Assembly (NCBI GenBank): GCA_051362555.1
Contig: CM120640.1
Coordinates: 6,696,001 to 6,760,000, forward strand
DNA from: Lingula anatina
Taxonomy: Eukaryota; Animalia; Brachiopoda
Length of the DNA: 64,000 nt
Direction: 5' to 3'
The notes under the pieces were generated by a model. That model saw only the letters and a list, made by a program, of their open reading frames with translations. It was not told the DNA's origin and did not search any database. Position 1 is the first letter of the stretch; each line of letters begins with the position of its first letter. Made by a program: the position numbers and the translations under genes. Shown here piece after piece: positions 51,804 through 64,000 of the stretch.

Positions 51804-53315
51804 CACGGCTCTCCAATGTAGAACTCCCTCTTCAAAAAATAATACACTAAATGAAAAGGAGGCACATATGAAGCATTGTCTAAATGATGAAGCCATATAA
51901 AGTGTTAAAATTATATCTTTCAAAAATATATCTTATTTCTGCCATTTAATTTACACTAATGTGCAGATATGTACACACGTGCAGATATGTACACATGGTG
52001 GACACCAGTCTGTATCAAGTGCATGTTCAGATATGTTTTGGGCATAAAGAATTGTACATGTACACATGATATTGTTCAGTTTCATTACTCAGGCCAAACA
52101 ATGCAATCATGATGATAAGTTACTACTCCAGGGATTCCTTGTATATAAATACATACACATCTACAACTAGGGTAAATACTATTCCAAAGTTACCAGGGCT
52201 GCTGTGAATAGAAAATGCCATTTTTATTACACCTCCTTGACTTTATGTGCAACATTTAATATTAGTGTAAATGTAAATGGTTCTATGTAACTATTAAGAC
52301 ATCTTTTTTATGATGAATGTTCTTTTCCATTTTCCATTTTTTTTTTAAATTGTAAGAAATTTAAGTGAATGTACAAGTTAATACACTAAAAATGATCAAT
52401 TAGATAAATTCAAATTAAATTTTCTGGAACTTTTCAAATTTACTATTACTACAGGTATTGTGAAGAAGTAAATATTATAACACAAATGATTTAGAAGCAG
52501 AGAAAAAACAATCAAATGATTTTATATTCATATACTCATTTCAAGTGTTTGTGAAAGAGTATGAGTGAATGTGCATGTTCCAAAAGTAAAAGTCCTTTAT
52601 CACATTCATTATGACATTGTCTGAATTTTCTTGTTACAGTATGAATATTTTGCTACAGAATATGTTTAATTATGTTCAAATAAATAAGAAACCTTCATTA
52701 TACATTTCTAAATTTTATTCATCAAAAATAAGACTCTTACATAAAGAATTAACCATTTATATGAATTGTTTTACTTTACAAACATTGATGTATTCATGGC
52801 AAATGACAGAAATAATTGTGAAAAGACAAATACATGGTTTCAGAATGCATGAGAAAAATAAATTGGTTGCCAAGATGTAATTGTTTTTCAAAAATCTGTA
52901 TTAAGATGCCCATCCTAATTTTTGGATATAATGTCCATTCCTTGATTTGGTTGCACTGGAGTAGGCTCTAGGGATTTCTTGTATATAAATAACTTGTTAT
53001 AAAATGTTGTAGAAATACTCAAAACTTCGTGAACTTTTAGTCTTAACAAATAAGTACATCAAACACTGCTGTAGCACTTTGAAGAAGACCATAAAACAAA
53101 AGTAAAATCTTTTGTGAAGCCCAGCTTAGTTAGCTGGAAGGCTTGATCTGTTTAGTTACTTTGTGAAACTAGCCCTGATGCATTGGCCAAGACTTTATTC
53201 TAGCCGCTGCAAATAACTACAGGCACACTGTCTTCTGAGAAGTTGTGCGTCATACTGTAGACCACAAAACTCTCATTGGCAAAATTTTCTTCATATAAAT
53301 TTCAAAAATTTATTA

Positions 53316-55436
53316 TCAATTGGTGGTTAAACAATCAGGTGGTAAATGACCAGAATCTCCTAATCCTTTCAAAGATACACGTCCACTTGGTCTTATGGTA
53401 AGCCAGGTTATACTGCAGTTATGTAGTGTGAGTCTCAACCATGCCTCTGGCGGAAACTGCAGAGCTCTAAAACAAACACAAGAAGAAGACCCTATTAAAA
53501 TATATACTGCTAATGCTTTAAAGTTTTGTTTTTGCTCAATTGTATACCACTTCTCTTCCAGAGTTTTGAATGATTTAAAATAAAACAGAAAATCATTAAC
53601 TTTTTTTTTCAATTTTTTATTAAAAACAAAATCAGCTTAACTGTCAAAAAAGTACTTAGAAAGCTGCAAAACAAGCTTTCTGTTTTATGATTGAAGAAGG
53701 TTGACAAGTCTCCATATACTTTTATGAAGCCCACTCATGTAAAGATGTTTGCTAATCAATTTTCATGTTAAATTATTGAAGACAAAATAAGGAGACCATA
53801 AGGTTTAGGACATGTGTGAAAGCCAGTTTGAAACAGCTCACATTGACTTGATAAATAATCTCCAAATAAATGTAGTAAATCATACTTTACTCTTTGATGG
53901 TCAGAGTACAACTGATCCTATGATAAACACTTGACCACATATATACACACCTGCATACAAAATATCTGATGACATTTGCATGGCATACATAAACTTCATA
54001 ACTATCTTTTTCTTGACTTGGTTTTGCTCTATGGAAATATTTCCTAAATGCAGCTTCTATTCTGGCACCATCTTCAAAGAACTGCTAAATAAGGGAAAAT
54101 CTTAAAATCATAAATAATTTCCTATATTTGCTTGGCTATATTTACTCACTGGGATTTCTTGAATAACAGTATTCTAGTCATAATTATCTTAATTCCTCAC
54201 CACTAATAAAGCTATAAACTTAATTTATATTTAGATGACCATTAATTTAATGTGTGAGAGAAGAGTTGGATTTAAAAATCAAATCACAACGTCCACTTGA
54301 GATGCTCAATAACAACTAACTGAGCTCAAATGACTCCAAATCCAGCTTCAGTTTGACAGCTAATTGCACGTATTAATTATACCTACACTTTGCTCTGGCC
54401 TCCAATGTCCTACTGGTGGTTCTGGTTGAATGGGTGCTCCTTCCCTTATAAAACTACAGGTATTGACTGGAATATCTGGCGGCAGGAATTTCTGCACTAT
54501 CTTGCCAGTTTCTGTAGCTCTTGCCATGGTGGAGTAAACCAACAGGCTGTAAGGAAGGTCAAGCTCCTTCAGCCTCTGTCCAACAAGTGCTGCTTGCTTC
54601 CTGCCTAAGTGGGACAAAAATACCATTCTTAAACAAAAGAAAAAATTAATCAATTTCAATCAAAATAATCGGGCTTAATTATGAAAATTTAAAGAACCAT
54701 ATAACAGCTCAAATACAAAGATTGGCATTTTTTCATCTACTGTGAATCAATACATATAAGTTTATGAAATGTCTCAAAACATTCCATTAAAAGGTCACTA
54801 ACATTTAACACCAAAATCTTTGTAACAAATTGTTAAAAATGTGAATAATGTGCAATACCTAAATCTGTGAGAATCCTATCCTCGTCTTTCTCTCCTTTCA
54901 AATTGTACTGACCATGGCGAATGAACAAAAGATGTCTTGAGGCAGTAGGTTTTGCTTTTTCCAGATTATTTTCATATTCTTTTTGGTCCTTCTCACTTTT
55001 AGGAGGTCTTACCATACTTTTAGGTTCTCTCCTAAAATCCCAGCAAAATGTCTATTCATGTATGAAGTTTCACTCAAAAGAAAATGCATACTTTTAATGC
55101 ACATGTGCTTTGTATTTGTATTGTCTTTTATTTGAAAAATATTCGTTGTTTAAATAAAGGCACAAAAATATTCTTACATCAGGATGAATAATGAATGTAC
55201 ATCAAAATGCTAGGTGTCAAACAATGTCAACTGGGAACCTGTTTATCTTGAAACAATACTTACTTGTCCCAGTTATAATCCCACTTCTTAGGAGTTTCTA
55301 ACTGATCAGCATGACCAGGGGCATGTTTTGTTTTATCTTTGAACATATATCTACTGATCACCCATCCACCAGCAGCAGCTGCTCCAAACCCTGCTACCAC
55401 CTGAACCAGTCTGGTAACTTTGTTTTTACCAGCCAT
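53316..55436 (-). CDS. PGAM5: Serine/threonine-protein phosphatase PGAM5, mitochondrial (canonical-looking copy A)
   Basis: Five exons with the same intron positions as copy B: ~55264-55436 (WDYNWDK), ~54859-55032 ([14 protein letters not shown]), ~54386-54604 ([21 protein letters not shown]), ~53951-54085 ([23 protein letters not shown]) and 53316-~53467 ([20 protein letters not shown]...[15 protein letters not shown]). An acceptor directly before the ATG implies a 5'UTR exon near 56.8 kb. Confidence 0.94.
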
Positions 55437-56809
55437 CTGTAACATAACATATCAAAATACTGTCAAATGTATTTTGCAATGCAAATGAAATAATTTGAAA
55501 TTTATATCTGGCATTCTGTATTTTGTATTTTGTCAAGTAACTGTTGTTGAGATTAATTCTCATCTTCATGAATAGCTGGTTTGACTCATCGTGTGATATC
55601 TCTTCAAATGTTTTGAATTAGAGTAAGGAATCTACAACCCGCTTTGGAGCATTTGCTCTTTACATAGCTCAATCATAAACTACAGGTAACTTTTCTATCA
55701 ATAAAAATTTCAATTTAAAAAGCCATTGGTAGAAATGTATGAGCACTGGGGTGTTTTTACTCTGTTTGTTAACTGCTGCTACAAAACATTGTTTAGATAT
55801 CAATTTTTTGTTGGGGAGGAGGATACAGAAGTGGTCTTTGTGTCATCTTTGCTTTATTTATGGATACTACAGATTCATTTTTGTGAATATATAAATATAT
55901 ATATATATTAAATGAAACTTATAGCAAAGCTGATACATATGAAAAAATCTTTCTCAAGGGATAGGCAGTGATACACATGGTTTCTTCAAGTGTCTTCAAA
56001 TAAGAGTGAACATACTGACATATCAAATAAAAGTATTGATTAGTTCTACAAGTACGACACCAGCATATGCAAGCAAACAAAATGCATACCAATGTATTTT
56101 AAAAGATTATCTGTTGCAATAAATGATTTACATACCTTTCAATTTTGCCAACTACAGGGCACCATGGGAACCTAGTTATAATCATTTATGTCCAGACATC
56201 AATATCTCAAAATTTCCGTTCCAATTCAATTGTAGATCAATATATAGAGTACAGAAGCAAAAGTTTGTTTCAGCTGCAGAATAATTTCTGATGGTTGCTA
56301 TTCAGCATTGCCTTGCACCAGCCGCCAAAAATACAAAACAATCAAGAGTCAATTTCAAATAACAGCATGGATTTTAAAGGTATCTTATCCAGGGTTTTCC
56401 TGCTGAATTAAATTTTCCTTGGAAAAAAAAACGTTATTTACTCCTGGTCATGTACTTACTTTGCAATTTATAGCACCTTCAAAATCAATGTAACCTGGTG
56501 AGAGGAAAATAATGCCGTGATTGTCTCAATTTTAGGCGTTACATACCTGCTTTAAGTACCTAGGATATGAACAAAAACCGACAACTGAGAATACAGTAAG
56601 AGATAGAGGGAGAAAAACTGTAGAGATCGAGAAGCGTTAACCAAGTTGATTTTTAAAAGGTTGAATAAAAAGGGGCAAACTCTATGTTAAAAGATGAAAG
56701 CGACACTTGCATACTTACTTAATTTGAATGAAATGATGGTATGACCACAAGTAAACTTAAGCCCGATGCACTACAATTAATAGCAAAGGAATAATTCACG
56801 TGGTAAGTA

Positions 56810-56980
56810 TGGTCACCTGCTGCACTCCGATACAAAAAAGAACCGTGTGACAAGACGGATCATATTTCCGGTCAGCGTGCTGAGTGCCGCTGCTCTAATC
56901 GTTTTTATTTTTATAAATCGTTTATCATTAGATCGTATTTATTACATAAGTCAGATTATGCAGGAATGACACTGTAAGTA
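56810..56980. promoter_or_regulatory. Probable bidirectional promoter and non-coding first exons of PGAM5 (copy A) and RMND1
   Basis: CpG cluster. ETS-like TTCCGGT at 56866-56872. Minus-strand donor-like site at ~56815 and plus-strand GTAAGT at ~56974-56983. Confidence 0.5.
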
Positions 56981-57270
56981 AGTAACGTTAATTTGTTATG
57001 TACAGGTACAGGAAAGATACCAGTTACGTTCAGCTCAAGGTCCCTACCATGTACATGTACGGCTAAAAACCGATGTATGATGTTTGAGCTTAATATTAAC
57101 ATACATGTAAAATCTTTAACTGGGCTAAGTCGACTAATGTTGAGCTGTATTATGTCAAATCAAATAAATTAAAACAAGAAAGGGAGTACTTACCGATACG
57201 GGGTGTCATGTTTTTTATTTTCAGATTTCTTTCTCGTATAGGATATAACAGTATCATCATATAATAAAAA

Positions 57271-60200
57271 ATGTGGAAAGCTTACACAAGATTTGTAGAA
57301 AACATCACCAAGAGGGATTTTCAGGCAGTTAGTCTTGTTCTCAGTGCAAAGCAGACAGTGAATTTCACAGCAACTGGATGGAAAAGTCCACAGCTTTCCA
57401 GGCAAATGCACTGTCTGTTTCAAAAACAATTCAGGAACAAAAGTTATGCTTTCCCAGCAGTTTTTTATAGTTCCCAACAAGGGCTATCAAAGTGTGGGGA
57501 AAAAAGGCATAATGTCTTTATTCCGGATTGCTTTTCATTCCAAGAAAGGTCGCTGTTTACCACACATATAAGGGAAAACTCCCCACAATCTACTGCTAAC
57601 CAAGTTAATCCAACTGGATTAAGAAAAAAGAGGAAGAGAAAGGTGGTATGTATCTGAAAATACCGAAATTTTATATATTTTTGAAATTGTGTACTGTATA
57701 CAAACACAAGAGTACATACAAGAATAGGGCTACAAATTGAATATAAGTTTTCATTTAATTGTATTGCTGTATACTAAAAAAATATCACTTTATTTTTAGC
57801 AAGATTTTTCTATTCAAGCCTTTGCATTAGCGGAAGAGTTTAAAAGTCTGGAGAGTGTCACAACAGCACTTGAGAAGACTGGACTTTATAAGGTTTCACA
57901 GTTGCCCACTGGTAATGTATATTACAGACATTTGTCTTCTGAACTATACACTGGTGTTCCCTTATTTATTATTACATATTATAAAATGTTCATATTCAAT
58001 TTTAATTGATAAATTTTCAAATTGGTTTCAAGAGTGTATAAGCATGTGATATTTACCTTGCTCATGTTTTCTGCCTTACAGATGCCGCAGCTGTACATTC
58101 GACATTTATTTATCAAACTGTAGTTCCTCAAATTCCCAGAGAATTTTTTGTATTTGAGCAAGTATATTTTACACTTTAAATATACAGATGTTGGATTCTT
58201 ATCTATCTTATATTCTTCATTTATTTATAAACATATTGCAGAGAAGCCTCTGTACTCAGTACAGTATATATATATGGCTCTACATTAACTTAGGAAAATT
58301 TTACTGTAAAACTCACTAGGATCAATAATGAAAAATTTAGAACTTCAACAGTAAATCATAATGTTGGTTTCTGCTAAACAAAGTGAAACGAGGTAATATT
58401 GTAAAGTTTAGAAGTAGAACGTTTGTATTTGTTTTTCTATCACGTTTGTGAACCATTTTGCATTTTTTTTTTTATTCCTCTAGGAAAGGCACAGTTGTGT
58501 TTTGGAATGTTGAAGATCCTTCTGTAAGTGGAGTTTTATTTATTCATATATTTTGGGTGTGTGGGCAAATTATTGGTCTAAAATATTCCAGGAAATGGAT
58601 TTTGATTACTTTTTACAAGTCACAAATATGAGAGGCAGAGAGGAAAAAATTGCTTTAAATTGGCCCAGGAAACAGATCACTGTCTCACTTTCAGTGCTTC
58701 TCTCTGTATTGCTTTAACCTCAACGTATCTTTCATGCAAAGCACTGTACTTAAAATATTGTTTTTCTGAAGACTTTTGAATGTTTGTGGCCCTGGCAATA
58801 ATTAATTTCCACCTGTCAGCATTATAAGATTTTGACTTCTACTGCTTATCAAATCCAAAACCTGTTTTATTTTGATATCCAAAATTCGCCCATATGCCTT
58901 TTTAGTAATGTTGTACATATATCATCGAAGACAATGAAAATATGACTTTTGGACATTTTCAGATTTATACATAGGTGTAGTATACCTCCATTTTTTTTTC
59001 TCTCTCAGTACATTTATTGTTTTGAATTTTGCATCACCTGTTTTATAAATGATGGTTATTGCTTAAAATTGCATTAATGAGATGGTTTCTCTTTTTCAAG
59101 CAAAAACGTATTATTGAGACTTTAGAATCTCTTACTGTCCAAAAGTATAGTGATTATGATATGGAAGGTGAATTCATGGGATTTTACATTGAAGAAAGGT
59201 AAGGATACAAACAATTCTTCCATTTATTTTATTCTTCTGTTCTATAAACAGTTTGTAGACAAAAATAAAGCAAGTACTAATATTTAATGTTTTAAAAGAT
59301 ATACAAAATTTAAATTTTAATTTGGTGCCTATAGATGAAGTTCTTATAATTTTTAACTTCCATGAAATTGAAACTAAAAAAAATCATAAGTTATGTTTTG
59401 ATCAAAACCATTTCCATGTAAATGACAGTGCTACAGAGGTTTCTTTGCGGTCAGGAAACATTCGCATCCCACCTCAAAATAAAGAAAATAAAGAACAGCT
59501 TCTTTTGGAGAAGTTTGCCATTTCACATGGTTTGATGCTGGCTGGTAAATTTGACTCTTGTTCTAGATTAAAATTATAAAATTTATCAAATTATCAAAAT
59601 TTATCAAATAATATTAGTTATCTAACTACTATAATAATGATATGAAATATATAAAGGATCGTTTGGATTTAAGGACAAAAGTGATTTCTATAATAGGTGT
59701 AATTTGATGTCTGTAATGAAGAACTTATTGCCGCTTCAACAGAAATGCAGATTACTGGGAGTACATGTGCCTTTACTGCATTTTCAGTTCAGTTAGATTA
59801 CTGTGAAACACAACTACAGAAATTTATTGAAAAATTGGCATACATTCCAGAGGTAAGATAAATATTTATGATTAATGCAAATCTTTGACATAGAATTTGA
59901 TTAGATGCAAGGTAGACAACATTTTACTTCAGACTCCAAAGACGTACATATAGATCTATTGTTTAACATCTTATTTATAAAGAAAATATCATTATCATCT
60001 TAATACAAATGGTGTAATTTTAGGCACACATAGACATGCAACCCAACAGATCACCATGCAAGTCTTCTGATTTAATTGCTTACAGAGAATGTGCTTAAAA
60101 TCAATATTGCATTGTGAATTTCATTAAAATTCCTGTCTTTTCTTCAGGATATGAAAACCAAAGGGAAGATGACAACTGAGCCGAGACAAGCAGTCCGGTA

Positions 60201-61053
60201 TATTGGAGAACTATATGACTTGAGGTATAAACATTATACTGCAGTTTTTCTTGTGCATCTTTAGAACCTAGTTATAATAACTTAGTCAAAGTATTAACTT
60301 TACAATTTTATCATGAGGGAAGGGCAATGTTAAAAAGTAACCTAACAGTTTTTATAAATGCTAATGATTATTAGAATATTTCAGTGATCAATGAATGCAA
60401 ATAACCACATTATTAAGAGTACAAAAATTCACCACAGTCACATATATACAGAATTTTAAGTAAGTAAATCAAGCAGAATTAGAAATATACTTATGATGTT
60501 CTTGTAGCATTCACTACAATATCCTCTGCCTCTAAGACAAGTGTCATAATACATTATCAGACTGAATGACTAAAATTTTACTAAAATTGTTTATTTCAGA
60601 CATAGAGTCTTATTGGAGTCAGAATACATGGAGACTCCAGAGTTTTTCTGGAATAGAGAAGAACTGGAAGGTTTGTTTGATAATGTCAGGAGGCATTTGG
60701 AACTCAAGAACAGGGTGGATGTAAGCTCATTTTGCCACATGACAAATTTTATTTTCATTCTTATTAATAGATTTTCATGTTAATATATGACAGTTTTTAC
60801 CATTTTCAATGAATCTAACAATAATTAGATTTAGCTCTACATGCATATTTTTTTTCTTTTAGCTTGGTTATTGGTTAATTTTCACTATTTGGCTTTGCCT
60901 AGATTGTTATAAATTATTGTAATATATTATATATCCTGTACTAGAATAGAATTTGTAATTTATTTTCTACAGGATATAGTTGTTGAAACCTTGTTTCTCT
61001 TTTTCATTATTTTATTAATTAATGAAATCAGTATTTGAAATCTACTATGTAAA

Positions 61054-61086
<33 letters not shown>

Positions 61087-61565
61087 GTAGTAGATTTCAA
61101 ATACTGATTTCATTAATTTGTGTGATAAAATATAGTTTCATTTTCACATCCATTTGATTTTATTTTAGGTGATGAAAAGTAAACTTTCTTTGTGCATTGA
61201 TCTTATGGACAATATCCAGGAAGCACTGACTCACCAACATGGAGCCCGCTTGGAGTGGATTATCATAATTTTGATTGCTTCGGAGGTAAGCTTGAAACCT
61301 TGACTGGAATAATCTTTTGGATAAATGTTGATTTTCAATGTACTACGAAATTGAATAACAGTGCTTGGCAAGTTTTCTCCCACCCATTTTACTGTTCAGT
61401 GCCTCATCATGCATTGCAACGATTATTCTCCATGCTCATTACTACATATAGGAAAGTGTTCATGACAAAGCATGGTACATACCCTGGTACACACAGTGAT
61501 AAAGTTGCATTCATGAAATAAATTTTTTTTCAGTATTCAGAGTCTAGATTTATACTTAAAAAAAA

Positions 61566-61648
<83 letters not shown>

Positions 61649-61924
61649 TGAATAACATTGACTATGTGTACTAATTTTGAAAAGTTGCTTATGTAGCCAC
61701 ATTATTTTATTATGTAATGTAACCACATTCTTTTGTCACCTATACATGCGACGTAACGTCACACGTGAATATTCTGAGTGCGACGTCTTACACTGACCGT
61801 TTATTACCAGAGTCTTTTTTGTATTTTGTTTTGTTTTCGCCCATGACGAGGCCTCAGGGCCGAAACGGCCGTAGGGCATTTTTAAATAAAATGGACAGAA
61901 AAGTCTAATTTATTCGTATCCTTG

Positions 61925-62001
<77 letters not shown>

Positions 62002-62339
62002 ATTTTTTTTTTCTTGGATATTTTGAGAATTCTTGTTTATTGCATTTTATGGAGCTTGTCATTGGTAGTGGTGTTCCTTTTTTTTTTTTTGGTTTTCCAT
62101 ACGAATGAGCTTACTCCAGCTGGTGGTACAATATCCAGAGGCGGTATTGGCTCTCTGATCCTCTAGTTCATGAAATGAATTTAACTTTTTACATTTAACA
62201 ACTTCAGATTTTGATAGAACTTCTAAGGTGGAAAGGAGCAACGGTCTGGGCCTGGCTTTGGGGAGAAGAGGCAGCAGAAAAATCTGACAAACTAGAACAA
62301 CTAAACCAGGAAGACTCAGACCCCATTTCCAGAGATTAG
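57271..62339 (+). CDS. RMND1: Required for meiotic nuclear division protein 1 homolog (DUF155; mitochondrial translation factor)
   Basis: Basic N-terminal presequence (57271-~57645). Then QAFALAEEF, REFFVFEKGTVVFWNV, LLEKFAISHGLMLAVQL, IGELYDLRHRVLL..METPEFFWNREELEGLF, RVDVMKSKL and HGARLEWIIIILIASE|ILIELLR. Last exon 62208-62339. Confidence 0.88.
61017..61118. repeat. 36-bp inverted repeat enclosing an (ATT)n loop
   Basis: AATTAATGAAATCAGTATTTGAAATCTACTATGTAA ... TTACGTAGTAGATTTCAAATACTGATTTCATTAATT, with one mismatch. Confidence 0.9.
61644..61928 (+). mobile_element. Probable Penelope-like element terminal-repeat fragment inserted in a (TA)n tract
   Basis: CpG-rich ~285-bp segment between (TA)n runs at 61583-61643 and 61929-61994. 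It contains a hammerhead motif followed by AATAAA. Confidence 0.55.
61839..61877 (+). ncRNA. Minimal type I hammerhead ribozyme motif (Penelope type) with a C3-to-A core variant
   Basis: GCCC-aTGACGA-GGCC-tcag-GGCC-GAAA-C-ggcc-G-TA-GGGC. Stem I is GCCC/GGGC, stem II is GGCC/GGCC, stem III is the palindromic ACGGCCGT, and the cleavage triplet is GUA. Confidence 0.7.
61995..62168 (+). mobile_element. Truncated, diverged 3' fragment of the same HINE family as 48649-50515
   Basis: ATACGAATGAGCTTACTCCAGCTGGTGGTACAATATCCAGAGGCGGTATTGGCTCTCTGATCCTCTAGTT closely matches the reverse complement of 48649-48718. Confidence 0.85.
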
Positions 62340-62348
62340 ATTGATCTA

Positions 62349-62517
62349 CTTTAGATAGACCTAACTCCCTGGGGGTTCACGCTAAATAGCTGTCAGCCGA
62401 GCGGACATGAAAGTTAATTACCCCCTTACAGCTTGAAGTAGGCGGGACGGCCATTTAAGCCGGATTATCTGACAGTAATCTAGTGAGACTCCCCGTGGGG
62501 ATAGATTGATCTAAAAG
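62349..62517. mobile_element. Degenerate foldback/MITE-like element immediately after the RMND1 stop codon
   Basis: Imperfect long terminal inverted repeats: CTTTAGATAGACCTA..CCCTGGGGGTTCAC..CTGTCAG versus CTGACAG..GTGAGACTCCCCGTGGGGATAGATTGATCTAAAAG. GC- and CpG-rich relative to the flanks. Confidence 0.45.
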
Positions 62518-63621
62518 CTCTGGGAATACAGCCTAATTTTCAGTGCTGCTGTTGGGATACTGTATGGCATTCTGTTTCTTAATAAAATTGATACAGTTGC
62601 CACTGGAACAACTTTGTTTTTGCAATGTGGATCAGATATTTGAAACTCATGGATTAATACCCAGTCAACTAATTTTTGCAAAACTGTTTTCAGTGAATCA
62701 TGTAATAAAAAAAGTTTTAACTATAGGGGTTAACATTTAAGATAATTGTATATTACAGTATTTTGTTTTGCAATTATCATCATGGGATGTTGTCAATTAT
62801 CAATATATTAATTAATCAGACATGAGCCTGGGTTTCAAAAGAAAAAAAAATTTGAACATATATAATGGAACCCAACACTTAACAGACCTTGGGGTCCAGG
62901 ACTGCCTTAGAATTAAATTTAAAAAAGTTGAATTCCACGTTTCTGTAGAAAAAGCTCATGTCTGCTAAATTGGGTTTTGGTGTTAAGCGGAAGATTCCAC
63001 TAAAATCCCATTTTACAGGACCTATTTAAGTGCTCATTGACATTCCTTTGCAAACCAGAAAACCGGCTTCGTTGCTACCCATTTACACACAAATACACAT
63101 TACTTGTCTTCCCATGAAGAGCAGGGGTAGGAATCTTGAAGTTAAATCAATTAATAATTATAATGTGAGTTCATCAGCGCAATGATAAGGGATAATTGAG
63201 CATTGCAATTCTTCCAAATGCATTATCAGCTATTGACTACCTTATCATCAACTTTATTTCTAAAAAAATTATGAAGGCAAATTAGGGTGGACAATGCCAG
63301 CACTAATGGTTTAGCTTTTCTGATTTGTAGTGGTCCTGAAAAGGGCCGTTTTGTTGAGAGTAAATGCAGAATTTAAGCACGCTCTCTCTTCTTTTCAGGA
63401 CCAACAAATATCAGTGAAAAGCTATGCCAATAAGGTCAATGATTATACGTCTTCTGGCCACTATGTTAACACCCCCACCCCCGAATAAAAACAAAATCCA
63501 TATTATACAGTTACCTTGTATGTCTTGAAACAGCATATTATGTCAAATTAATGTTTAACTTATTATTTTAGGTATACCTTTTAATCAAATTTCTTAGGCA
63601 AACAAGTCCCTCGTGTATAAG

Positions 63622-63624
<3 letters not shown>

Positions 63625-63685
<61 letters not shown>

Positions 63686-63705
63686 TAGATAGATAGATAG
63701 ATAGA
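63625..63705. repeat. (TA)n plus (GATA)n compound microsatellite
   Basis: Directly visible in the sequence. Confidence 0.95.
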
Positions 63706-64000
63706 TGATGCAGGCCTAATCTACCCTGAGTGTAAGGGCACAGTAAAGCTAGCTTGCTCACTATACCTTTATAGGTTATATATATGAAATCAAGTTGACA
63801 ATACCGAAATGTAGAGCCTAGGTCAGCCTAATCCTAATCCAGTCAGCTTTGTGCTATGTCAGCGAGTTGAGTTGGGTACAATGCATCGTCATCAGCAATT
63901 AGTAAAAAAATCTGCTTGCGTAGGGTGAATCTATCTATTAATAGTAGACTCTTACCTGTTGCAAAACAATCTTTACATAATAAGAGAAAATCCTGAAATT

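Noticed and set aside
63706-63960. Weak inverted similarity after the (GATA)n tract
   Set aside because: The match is too short and degenerate to call an element without other copies.

Overview
Eukaryotic, AT-rich, intron-dense animal DNA. A lophotrochozoan such as a mollusc is plausible from the repeat types, but this is inference only. I assembled eight spliced housekeeping genes by hand: CLIP1/CLIP-170 (5' part, -), DNAJC24/DPH4 (-), TMX2 (+), DHX37 (-), VPS53 (+), two tandem PGAM5 paralogues (-) and RMND1 (+). Six of them form three head-to-head pairs around ETS-type (CCGGAAGT-like) promoters. Between TMX2 and DHX37 is a CpG-rich island holding an intronless 431-aa orphan. It looks like a secreted, probably GPI-anchored, seven-bladed Asp-box/BNR beta-propeller with a Cys pair in most blades; horizontal transfer is a candidate origin. 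Non-coding items: a Penelope-type minimal hammerhead ribozyme with a variant core between (TA)n tracts; a 1.9-kb Helentron/DINE-1-like element with five ~145-bp repeats carrying nuclear-receptor sites, plus a second truncated copy; a TTAA-flanked Kolobok-like MITE; a foldback MITE with a 9-11-bp TSD; a kink-turn/box C/D RNA candidate in TMX2 intron 1; a probable GC-AG intron; and candidate alternative first exons of CLIP1. Exon coordinates were read manually and may be off by a few bases. No database searches were run.
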